In this document: one piece after another, positions 38,055 to 49,881 of the stretch
Layout of the letters: each line of letters starts with the position of its first letter
How positions within the stretch are numbered: position 1 is the stretch's first letter
NCBI GenBank assembly: GCA_002104905.1
Contig: MCFE01000532.1
Location: 1 to 61,663, forward strand
Length of the DNA: 61,663 nt
DNA from: Basidiobolus meristosporus CBS 931.73
Lineage: Eukaryota; Fungi; Basidiobolomycota
Reading direction: 5' to 3'
Notes under the pieces: model-generated
Seen by the model: the letters and a program-made list of their open reading frames with translations, nothing else
Databases searched by the model: none
Told to the model about the DNA's origin: nothing
Program-made: the position numbers and the translations under genes

Positions 38055-39654
38055 CTTCAAGCGCTTGTAACCCATCATCATCGTATCGTATAGGGCGGGG
38101 TGCTCGTCACTCCACTACAAAATTACTTTGTACATTGCTTACACCGGCCGGTTCTTACAGCAACATCATATATTATTACTTGAGATGATTGGCCTACCCA
38201 TTGGGTTGGGATATACGATAAACACTTTATTCGGACAAGAAAGCGAGTGATGTCGATACCCAGAGTTTGCTTTGATACAATAAAAAGCGCCAAGTTGTCA
38301 TTCAACCCCTCCCCCAGTCCTGCCATAGCCTTGGCCACCAGTAGAGCCAATCAATTTAGGGTTGCGGCCGACACTTTCAGAGTTAGTCTTAACTGGTCAT
38401 TTATGAACCTTGAGGAGGACACATATTATTACAGTTGTTGGTTCCATGCTTGTCACCATTAACCATGCATATCCTAGTGATATTAGCCAATATGGCAGGT
38501 AAGCCGCATTGGGGATGCCCTCTGAAAGCGTGCCCAATCTGATCTTCGAAGTTCCTGCATAACAGTGTTAATCATTGGAAGCAAGATTGACAGTGATTGT
38601 TTGTTCGCGCAACCCCTGGGTCGTTATGCACAGTCGCATGCACAGTTATGGTCGGATCAGGCGAAGTTTAAGGCTATGGTATAGGAATAGTTAATAGGGA
38701 TTTGGGGGTCGAGGGTCGGGGGTCGGGGGCAATGACACGCGACTCCCATCAATCTACATTATATTGCTGTTCATCAGTCAAGATCTACGTCGTTTTTCAC
38801 CCCGGCCACAAGAAACCAGTGACCCTTGGAGTCTTCACCCATTGTACGCTGGCCAGTCCCTTCGGCTTGGTGGCCCGCTTAGGAGGGTGAGAGCATGGGC
38901 ACTGGAATCTTGCCAGTGGGCTGAAGAGATTGTTGCGAGCCTGATTATCCTAGCTGAACATTTCGGTTGCCATACCGTCGAGCTTTAAAGTTGCTTGGAA
39001 CAGATGTAAATCGTGTTTCTACAGCATATATATTAAAATTAAACATTGTTGACGCGGCCCACAACCCTGCTTGCTCGTTGCCGTCAAATTCCATAATTGT
39101 ATATCCGTGTGAGACAGCTGGTTTCGACAACACCTACATGGTGTACCTTACCTTACCATGTATCAAATCGGGGCCTGCTTGGAAATCCCTTCTCCTTGCT
39201 TGGCCATGCTACGGGGCGGCTTAATATATATCAATTGGGAGGGTAAATCAAATGTCGATAACATGCGCATCTTTGTTGTATGTTACCCATCCGGTCCGGG
39301 TTTTGAGACCGCTAAATTCTCCTCCATCAAGCTTTAGTCGAAACAACAACAATTTATCAACACTGAGGTCCCATTTGGTCGATATTTCGGAAAGGACTGG
39401 ACGTTTATCTGCTGTCTACCCACCGGGAACCCAAATCTTTCAGACGACACTCTGCACCTTCTGATATCTACTTCATTGCTACACCCTTTGTACTTTCCCG
39501 CTGGGTCTCTGTTTTTCATCGACGTGCGTGCTAGAGATTGCGACCACCTCTTTTTGTAGAAAAGCGCGAATCACCTCAGTAACCGGTAAACGCGAAGCTT
39601 ACTAGCTCTTTGGTATCCGCACTTGGACCTGCCTAGCAACGAGTCCCAAATGCC

Positions 39655-41141
39655 ATGTGTTTCTGTCTCTTTCTTCTGATTGTATTCGTCGTTCTTACTC
39701 AACTGTCGAGCCAAGCGCAAGCAGAAATCTCCCTTGCTGGCGACCAACTGTGTTATGACATACTTAAGCCTTGGATTAAGAACTCTAGAGTGAGGGTTGA
39801 TTGTGCTTTGGTGGAAACCACCAAAGGTCTTAAAGGGGACCGAGTCATCTCTGCGGGACTTGAAGCAACCAACATGAACCTTAACTTTTACTGCACCGCT
39901 GACAAAGCGCAATGTAACAAGGTTCAGGCCGCATTCGATACTGCTTTCAAGCTGATATCCAATGTGGTGGTGCTCAAAGAGCCGTTGACGGTAAACGCTT
40001 CCTTTGTCCACTTCTGCGAGGAGTATGGTGAGTGCAACGCTCAATACAGGATACTAGGTAGGCCCTCAAACTCCACTGGTGATTTCGAATGCAGGGACTC
40101 ACAGGTACAAACAGGAAGTGCCGGCCCGGCGAGAACGATAGTTCTAACCGACGAAGACGGGCGAAAGCGCTCGTTTCCCCAGGCGTTGTTGAAACAAAAG
40201 GGGTTGACCAAGCATCCGAAATTTAGCCCTTACGACATAGTAGCCACATTCAACGCCGACGTGGATTTTTGGTTTGAGGTTAGTCAAGGCTATACGTAAT
40301 TCCGGTGCAAGAAGGTTGCCTACATCAACGCTAACATCGTGGTACAAAATACTAGGGAGATGGGATGATCAAATCAACCCAAAGTGACTTTCTGTTTGTC
40401 ATCATCCATGAGCTTATTCATGGTCTGGGGTTCTCTTCGGCATGGATGGATTATATCAATGATATGCCTCAGTACCTGACGCCCAACATTCTGATCTCCA
40501 ACTCCTCTGACCTGTATGTCTTTGCTGGCTTCGTCGAGAACGTGTTCGATAAGTTTCTGGTGGAGTACCCGTCGCTAAGACCATTGTCGGAAGTGACGGA
40601 CGTTCTCAACACTTTCGCTAGTGGCCCGGGAACCGTATTCCACCACGAGGAGGAGTTTTCCAAGACCTTCTCCTCCTCGACACAGTCCAAAGAGGCAACT
40701 CGTATGTTGCACCTGTCAACCACTGGGAAAACCCTGGCGTTCTTTCCAAAAAATACCACTGGATCCAATACCCCAATAATCCTGGAGACCTCGCTGAATC
40801 CATACGTCCAAGGAAGCTCGATATCTCATTTCGACTTCAAGACGTATTCGAACACGGCCGATTTTCTGATGAGATACATGGAGGATCGAGGCGTGTCGTT
40901 AAGGACGAGTATTGAGCGAACCGGAACCTATATCGGTGGCCCAGTTGGCCCACAGCTCGGGCTCGTATTGCAATCACTGGGATACTCGATCAATCCCAAC
41001 CCAAAGCCCATATCCGAAATCCTGCCCAAGATTGGCAACTCAGATACGATGCATAGCAACCCTGCCACGACGACTAAAGGTGGCCAAGTCCGCTGGCTGC
41101 TGCTGATGGTTCTGATTACTCTCTGGGCCAATTCCCGCTAA
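39655..41141 (+). CDS. Secreted, probably GPI-anchored zinc metalloprotease (HExxH; leishmanolysin/M8-like motif arrangement)
   Basis: Signal peptide; introns 40058-40114 and 40279-40355 give ILG-SAGPAR and WFE-GDGMIK; IIHELIHGLGF; GSSISHFD (candidate third His); hydrophobic C-terminal tail VRWLLLMVLITLW after a Ser/Thr spacer. Confidence 0.8.
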
Positions 41142-41813
41142 TATGAGCGTATATCCTGGGCGACCTTTATGGCGTAGTCTGCTAGTGTCCGGCTGTAGTA
41201 CAATATCCCGCATGGTTGCCTTTGGAGCCCAGGCTCATTCTGTTTATTTTTCATGTTAGCTAAATACGTAGGATACACATTTTGATTCCTTTTTGGCAGT
41301 TGTTGGTTGTGCTCTAGTAGATCGGGATATCTTATCCACCCATAGATATCTTCGTTCGAGCGGTTTCCAAAGTCGATTTTGTTTGATAGTTGTGCTTGAC
41401 AAGGGAATCCTCGGGCTGACCATTCTCCATAGAGATAGACATATTATATCCATCTGAGTATTCACAGGTTTAATTGACCAACATTCCACTAATCACCTCC
41501 TTTCATTCGGGGGCAAGGTATGAATAAATTGAAATTGAAATTGAAATCGAACTCTTGGCGCATCCATGGGGCGCTGAGCCCTCTCTATACCAAGAGGTGC
41601 TGTATTAGAGATGGAGCAGGCCGTCTTCCTGCTTGAGCCCCCCATCCGGTTTCTTTGGCCTTTAAGAGAGGGGATTCACGGAGTTGGGTCTTACATGGAC
41701 TGTTTATTAATTGATATGTGATTGGCTGTGAGTGTGTGAATCATGCTATGAAGGAAGCCGACAAAAGAATCCGCTTGTGTTGAATGGAATCCTAACTATA
41801 GATCCACACCTCG

Positions 41814-43731
41814 TCAATTGACCCATCGAAGACCACCCAAAACAGATCTGGTTTTTCTTGAAAGGACCTCCTCCACTTTTTCAACGACGCCTCGTTTACC
41901 TTGACGATCGGACATGAACCATTCAACGATCCCCTTGTGGTCCAGCTGGGGTGATCCGGAGTTCATGTTCTCTCCGTTAAGTAGCTTACGCACTTCTTCC
42001 TCACTTGGGAGCGCCATACGACGATGTGGGTATTCAAGGAAGGGGAGCGCTTCAGGGAGCTCAAGAGAATGAGGATGGTTGCCACCAAAGTACTTTTCCT
42101 CCACAAGCTGATCGCTCACGCCTGTGATAGTCGAGGGGGACCATTTGGGATCGCGAGTCTTCGTAACCAGAGCCTTGGTAACCCCTTCGGCAAAATCGTG
42201 CTCCGCCTAGGTAATGGAATGGTTAGCCAGTCGAAACAACACCCAAATCTCTGTGAAAGGCAGCTCACTAAGAATGATTGAACCAAATGGTACTCCATCT
42301 TGAAGCAATTGGCGATGTTCATTTTGCGACCGGAACGGAGGGCACGGAGGGTAACTTTGAGACTGGTGGGAGACATCTCCTTCAGAGTGGCGAGCGTTTT
42401 CTTGGCGAATTCGGAGCCGTCTTTTTCGAGTGATTCAAAGATCTCCTCAACTGTATCGTGGCGGAAACAGCTAATATCCAGGTTAAACAAATGCTTTGAA
42501 TCCTCGGAACAAACGAAAATGGTTACTTGTCGATAGTATTCCGGTGCTTAGCGAGGCTGTACTCATGCCCGGTGGGCTCGGAAACGAAATCTTCGATAGC
42601 TAGGTTGATGACTTCCGGATCTGAGGTATCCAGCTCACAGAGTCTTTCTTCCAGCGCATCCAGGCGAGCGGCGGGGACGTAATGGGTTGCGATACCAGCA
42701 TATCTACGTAGATTGTTATTATTCTTCATGTCCAATTGATGCGTTCGTTACATAAAACGGTATTACAAGGTATCCTCTCCCTTTAATCTGTCTCCCGTCA
42801 AAGCGAGGTATGTGCCAGTTTCCCCATCCAATCTGGGCAGAAAGAATGATCCTCCCACGTCTGGGAAGAAACCGATCTTGGTTTCCGGCATGGCGAACAA
42901 CGTGTTCTCGGTAGCAATACGGAAAGGTGCATGAACCGAAAGGCCAACACCACCTCCCACTAAGTCAACGAGCGTTAATCAAAGCTAACATCGCTGAGTA
43001 TTCATGCAAATATCGTTACTAGTGATTCCGTTAATCAGCGCCACAAATGGGGTCTTCAGTGTAGAAAGTGTGTAGTTGAGGCGGTATTCTTCTTCAAAGA
43101 ATTTGAGCGAGTTGGGATCGTTGTTTTTAGCTCCTTTGACAACCTCTAGATGTGAATGTTGCGCTTTAGCACAAGTTAATCGAAGGCCAACCCAAGGGTT
43201 CTTACCAACAACGTCTCCACCGGCACAGTAGGCCTTGGGATTGTTGGACTTCATCAGGATAACTTTGCACAGATCAGATTGCTCCCAGGCCTGCCGAGGG
43301 TTACGGAGAAAATTAGCCTTTAACCGACAGGTTATGAGCATAAACGCGCCTTTTGAATACCTGGAGTTGGGGATATATCTGACGGATCATGGGAAGGTTC
43401 AATGAATTCAGAACCTTGGGCCTGTTGAGGATGAAGGTACGACCTCCGTAAAGCTTCTGCTGAATCACCTCATTCTGCTCGAAGTGTTATTGCTGGGTGA
43501 CTGGACAGGGGAAAGCTGGTAGACGGCATACCTGTCTTGGGCTAATTGTGCTATAGGGTCTTTCAAGCTAGAGAAAGAAGGTTACTACGCAAACTCCAGA
43601 TAGGAATGATTCAGTAGCGAAGCTGACGATACATTTTGTGGACTAGTGGCCAGTTGGATTCTCGCAACGGAGGCCCTGGCAAAGAGGGCGCGATTTTTGG
43701 GTAAATGATTCAAGACACTGGAGCTTAGCAT
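41814..43731 (-). CDS. EHD3: Mitochondrial 3-hydroxyisobutyryl-CoA hydrolase (HIBCH/Ehd3), multi-exon
   Basis: Presequence-like [21 protein letters not shown]; [78 protein letters not shown] motifs. Confidence 0.93.
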
Positions 43732-45012
43732 TGATGTTGTGTAATTCACTAAGGCTTGGAGTAGATAATGATGCGGTCAAAGGAATTGGAACTCAACAAA
43801 TAAACTTCGTGAGAAATGTGCTTTTAAATATGCAAAATGGATCATGGTAGAAATGGGATCCATGTGCCAAAAAGGAAAATTTGCCCAGTTAAATTGGCAA
43901 AACCCGATGATTAAATCGACCTGAGAAACCAGCCAATGGTAGATGGATTTCGTACAATCTCTTGCATAGACTCCATGAGAATGGAGTGGTAATGCAGTTT
44001 TCGTGAGAAAACACCCTCGGAATTCAGCCGTCAGCCAGTTGACAGTACCCATTTCATGAAGGTGGAATATGGCGTAACTATCTCTGAAACGATTAACGTG
44101 AGAAAGTTCTCTATTCATAGGGCATGCAGTCAAACTAACCTGTAAGCACGTCAAGTTGGAAGCGACGTCACCCGGCCTCAATCAATTTTCCACACCCATT
44201 CCACCTCCGTTATGATTTGTCATGAACTGATCAAGCACAACGGTACCCCGTACGACTTGGAATGAGCAGTCAGTGATTGATAGCGCAATAGCGAATCCAT
44301 GGAAATCAACGAGGTTGCGTATTCCCGTGACGGCCGTAATTCTAGTCAATTGAATGGAAGTAGCGTGAGCTTAAATTCTGTCCTACAGCGAGAGAGAATC
44401 CATGCCATTTTCCCAACAAGAGGTTTCGGCTTTTGCTCGATCACACACACATTCCCCCCGGTTAAATCATCCAACCGGTCTGCTGTATCAGGCACACGAT
44501 TCTTGGACCGGAACCGTTGGCCAATTGTTCGACAACTCCTTCCAACAACCAGGCGCATTGAACCATTCTGTGGACCAGCGGTCCATAGCCTGTGTCGGAA
44601 AGCATGGTAGGTGTTGATCGATTAGTGCCTATAGGCACAGAACCAGCCCGAAAGTCTTGACTATTGTTACATATTCTGGTGACTCCGCCACCTTGTGGTG
44701 TCTAAGATTCAGAAGTGGTGGCAACTGACTGGCAAGTAGGAGCCTTATGGCTTACGGAAATCTCGCTTACAGAGTTCGTCAATTCCCCATCATCAGGATT
44801 AAATAAATAGTCTCGAGGCACGTGAGTTGCTTATTTTTATAGAACGTCATCATTGGCATATTCAGATGACCAACCTTCGAAAAGATTGCTTGTATTGCGC
44901 GGAGTGAAATTGAAACCCATCTCCAGCAAATTTATTTTATCTCCAATAGCTACACTCAAGTGCCTCTTACTTTGCTCCTCAAACCTTGTAACGCGTTACT
45001 CACTTAAAGACA

Positions 45013-45351
45013 ATGGACTCTCCTCGTTTTGAACGTGCCAAGAATGGTGCCTTGATGGGCGGTACCATCGGTTTGTGTATTGGCCTAGTATTTGGGACAG
45101 TTACTCTTATGAGGTAAAAGTCATGCCTTCGGCAAGAACGTTACTTTCAAACATTTAATGACTGTATTCCACTCAATAGGTACGGGCCTGGAAGAAATGG
45201 TTATATTCAGACTCTGGGACGCTACATGGTCTCTTCCGCGGCCACCTTCGGCTTTTTTATGAGTGTTGGTAGTGTTGTACGCAGTGATGGCACCCAGGTG
45301 AACTTCAACACTAGGCTACCTATCTATATCAAAGACGAGAGAAAAGAATAA
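45013..45351 (+). CDS. MGR2: Mgr2/Romo1 family TIM23-associated small protein (absent from the ORF track)
   Basis: Two exons (intron 45114-45179): [70 protein letters not shown]...KE*. Confidence 0.92.
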
Positions 45352-46094
45352 ATTTTCTTAATGCTTTTTGCTCCACCTTTCTCCGTACCCGGAGGGTCAA
45401 ACTATGAGCACATTTTCTACTAAATACGGTATTGAGTCTCAACATGATATTTATACCCGACAATAGGGGCCTTGGTTCGTATCCCACAGGTCACCTTGAC
45501 TTCTTTCAACATTCAGTTTATGTGCTATATATATCTATATATTGGGACGAATATCTGCTCTGTTTGGAGTCAAGTGGTTCATTTTCTAGGCAATTTGGAG
45601 TTTCCGTGATAAAATTAATCGTCATAAGGCCTGCTGGGATGTTGACTTTCAGAGTTGCAGCAATACGTGGGCTTTGGACCTGCTGTAAGAAATAATAATC
45701 TCAAAATCCTCATATATCTGCCGAAGGTAAAATCTCACATCAACAAACAATGGATGAATTGTGGGTTAATTTCAAGCAAGTGTATTGATGCTGTGCACAT
45801 ATATAGTACACAAAACCTCTTGCAAGATGCTGAAATCACTTGAGATAAATAAGTTCTCACAACTATTTTACTAGTCCTTTTGATTTGTGCTTTGGCTGCC
45901 TCAGCAATGAGTCCGTTCCTGATCCAGTGACTTTTGTTGGGAAATGGCTGATCACTCAGAACTGTACAAGGGTGTAAAAGATGAGAAGTTCACACAAACT
46001 TTGCCTACGTTAACTCATTCAACTGAATGCATTTGTGCTGCATCTCAATGAACAAGTGAGAACCCCAATTCTCCACATGGTCTGAAATCACTAT

Positions 46095-46360
46095 ACTGCT
46101 TATAGATTGTAAGAGTTTTCTATTTGTCTTGGCAAACATACACGCACATTATGCTTGGGAAGCTCTCAAGAGCATGTATGCAAAGTTTGGGGTCTTTTCG
46201 ACAACTTTGAGAAATATCGTGTTCTGTGTACCTGTCATTTTAGTGAGAAGCATTTCAAGCAAACCCCAACAGAGAGTTTGGTCAGGAAATAATATGGCTC
46301 GAAGGCTAAAGTCTAAGTGACTAAGTTGACCTCAATATTGTGGTGTTAATATGGAAAATT
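46095..46360 (-). mobile_element. Diverged partial LTR relic E of the Copia family; edges approximate
   Basis: gtcttggcaaac...catgtatgcaaagtttgggg...gacaactttgaga...tttggtcagg...tctaagtgactaagtt is colinear with the reverse complement of the LTR. Confidence 0.6.
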
Positions 46361-46949
46361 ACATATGCCTCTTTGCGAAGAAGTCTTGTATCGAATATTT
46401 TGATGTCTGGTAAAATGATGAACATCAACAATGCATGCAGTGTGCTATTCATATGCATATACCCTAGTAGAAATCAGGCACATATACATTAGCAATGAGA
46501 CTTTTCAACACCAAACAAAGAGTGCATTGCAGAGGCCTATGAGCTTTTATCGAGTTTGGAGTAGTTGATCAACTTCTGAATATTTATGCTTTCAGTATTC
46601 CCAAAAGTTTAGGTACTAAAACCTGGCCATGTAGCATTATTAATTACCAGTAACTATTTGTGACATGTATCTGTGGTGCACACATACTTATGCATAGCCA
46701 TCACAGTAAGAATCGATACGGTCGCAAAAATGTATATTGTAAAACGCTCTACTGATTATTGCAAGAACTACACGTATCCCAAAGATCTTCCAAAATCACC
46801 ACTATACTTGGGCCATGAAAAGTGCTTTGCAGAAAGGCACCTGATTTGTTTTTCGAATGCATCAGGCAACTAACTCGATCCGAAAATTCCACATCAGCGT
46901 CAACTTGCTTCAAGTTGCTTCCCTCCTTACTACCGAGGTCTAGGCAGAA

Positions 46950-49500
46950 CAATACCTATTCTAACCAAACCCCCTAAGTAAAATTCATCCTCGCAAGAAA
47001 ACGTAGCGACGGAATATATGTATCCCACATGTGGTATTGACAAATATATCAATAAATCGTGAAATCTAATTTGCCCTATTTAGATTATCCTCTCGGTCGC
47101 AGTTATTCGAAGGAAAGAGAACACCTGTGTCTAGTAGTCCCCGCATTTGCATACATTCACCAAATCTTCCACCACCCAATTCCATAGTCATCTCTACCAT
47201 TCTTACAATGTGAATGCCTCCACTTCGGAATGCAGCCAAAGCTATGACTTGGATTCTTTCAACAATCGATCATTACTTGGATACCGCACTAGAATATTCT
47301 TGGATGAAAATGATTCGAGTTCAATCGCAAAATACTCTGCTGATTAAGCCGGAGCATTTTCAAGACATTTCGAAGGCTTTGAGGGTTGGATGCGAACCAC
47401 GGGGCAGCCAAAATCTGCCCTACTGTACCCACGCCGAATGGAATACGGTGTTTACATATTCCATGATCATCAAATACTGGTGCAAAATATTTGATCTAGG
47501 AGCATCCGTTTTACCAATACAGTTACATACGGTGCTCGGTCTCATGCACTGCTGACGAACCTCAACTTCATAATAGATTTTGTTGCAGGAGCGAGTCCCA
47601 GAAATCACCAAGATATACAGGAACAATGAAGGAGACTAGGGCAGATGTTACGTGGGTATCTAGTCTAAGTTGTTCTAGGTTCTGCTATTGATGGGCACAA
47701 CATTATCATGGACGTTTCCGGAAGCAGGGCCGACCGCTATAACCCAACTGGTTTCACACGATGTCTAGGTTCTTGACTACCTTTGGCCCGACCAAGGGCC
47801 TGGGATGGAACCATGGTTGGGGCGACTTTGAACTCTTTCAAAACTTTCCAAGTTCCTTGTCTCAGACACGAAAAATATCCAGGAACAGTTTGAGCTGAAG
47901 TATTTGACCAAATCGAGCCTGGGTTTATACATAGCGGCATATTCGGGAATATTGTATGTCTAGTCCAACCTGTGCAGAATTGTCTGCTCTTAACGGAGGT
48001 CTCATCATCCAGCGTCGAGGCATCTGTTCAGGATCCAGATACGGTGCAATGGTTTTATCAACGCCGCTGCTGTTCCATTCGGTCAATGTCGGTCTAAAAT
48101 ATCAAGTTACGGTTCAGAAAGTGATGCATGCATGAAGGGAGGTATGTCAAGCTTCTATGCGTAAACAGAGTACAACGCACCTAAAATCGGGATGTGGTTC
48201 TTCAAATCCATCCAAATCCACCAATTCCTCAACAACTGCTGGACTGGAGCAGTCGCTGGGACTCTCTTTGGTAGCGGAGGCACCGAGAATTTCACCGTAT
48301 AATTCCTATAGGCTGCTGGGATCATACGCAATAGCAACTAATCAGCGACATCGGGAATTTAATGAAATCTGCCAATATGCTCTCTACATGTTACACATGT
48401 GCGTCAAGGCTGACCAAAGATGGGTGAGCTGGAGGAGAGGCCCCTACCTCTTGGCAGGCGATCCCTCTCGCTCAACCTCTAAAACATAAAAATCAAGAAA
48501 CAGCAGGGTTGAATGATGGTATCCAAAGAAAAGCCCAACCTGTGGACGACAGCTAACAGGTACCCGTTGTGTTGATTCCAAATGCAACCTGCTGGTCACC
48601 TGTGAATCCCCTTCTCCATTACAGGAGTAAAGCCAACTATATGGAGCAGACACAGGATCCAGTGAAGGTCAATTAAAGACAATCCTCAATTACATCAAGG
48701 GATAGCGGCACATTCTAGAGCTCCATAGCAGATATATTACCGTGTGAGACAAGTGGAAAATCAGCAAATCATTTCTCGGGATACGGCCACGAGTTGATGG
48801 TGGTTGGCACATCATGTGAATCGAATCTGGAGTTTCCCTTCATCTCGTAGATTCAGATTCCAGAAAACTGGTTCGGACACTGGTCGTTTGATCATATGAA
48901 TTCCTGTAACTGCTGGTGTTCTAAGTTGCAATAGATACTGGCATGTGCCAGGATGCCATCAAGTAAACATTGCTGGATGCAGGTGGAAGGTCGGTCCCTT
49001 GGAGCAACCTCGGGGTTAAGCGGTCGCCGGTTGGAAAAAATGCCCCCGTTTTGGCAAATCAATGGCCAAAGTGGAACCTCTCTTTGGGTTCATCTCTGTG
49101 TAAACAGATGCGATTTGAAGCTTTCCACTTTGCAAGCGCCGGTTACACCACGAGCTGCATTAGTAATGCTGCTGATTCCAGCAAGTATCATTAGAAAGCC
49201 ACATGATTAACTGGTGTAGTAGATCAGCCACGGTATCAACCCACTGGAGGGGCTGCCCCAATCTTCCATCAAAGCGGTCACGAATATTGGGTAACGGGCA
49301 GACGGTATTCTACTTTACAAAGCATTTCGGCGATACAAGAGCGGGAGGCCGTGTGGAGGAGGACGATGGCTTCACCATGGTAATAGGCGTCAGCAATGTG
49401 CGGTGGAAATTTCCATATCCTACAGGATTAGCTCTTTCAAAGTTATCTAGATTCTGGGTAGCATCGGCCAATTAGGAAGGCCAATGTCTCGTTGTAGCGA
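46950..49500 (-). mobile_element. Probable very degraded LINE relic
   Basis: Weak RT-like remnants on the minus strand: GLDIQYSRICRYV*TQARFG (cf. LDQEKAYDRV...RFG), VYLGDF, GADFGCPV; no intact ORF. Confidence 0.3.
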
Positions 49501-49881
49501 GTAAGGTGGGATGGTTGGATTTACCCAATATAGTAAGCGAGGTCTTGACCGCCGAGATATATCAAATAGAATGGGTGTCACCGGTACAAATCTAAGAATC
49601 AATTGAAATTCGTCTTCATTTATTGATTATATGAGAATGACGGGAAAGCCTTTCGAGAAAGGAATTAAAGATTATTGCGCAAGAAATTTAGGGATAAAGT
49701 ATGCATAAGTTCATTATGGGAAGAGATGATGATGCTCAATTTTGGGTTCGTGATCAATATCAGTGGCTTAAGTGTAAAAAATAATAACGTAACAATGTCC
49801 GCGGGAAGATGGCTGTCAGAACAATGGCTCGGAAATGATGAGTAACATGGTTTCAGAAGACTTCGAAAATCCAAAGTGAAA

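Noticed and set aside
38100-39600. Short ORFs and a G-rich GGGGTC(G) tract between CSM1 and the protease
   Set aside because: No recognisable motifs or spliceable gene model; treated as intergenic or promoter sequence.
45650-46090. Possible integrase remnant (ISDH..., VLSDQ) in CpG-poor DNA next to LTR relic E
   Set aside because: Motif match too weak to call; probably TE-derived but unassignable by eye.
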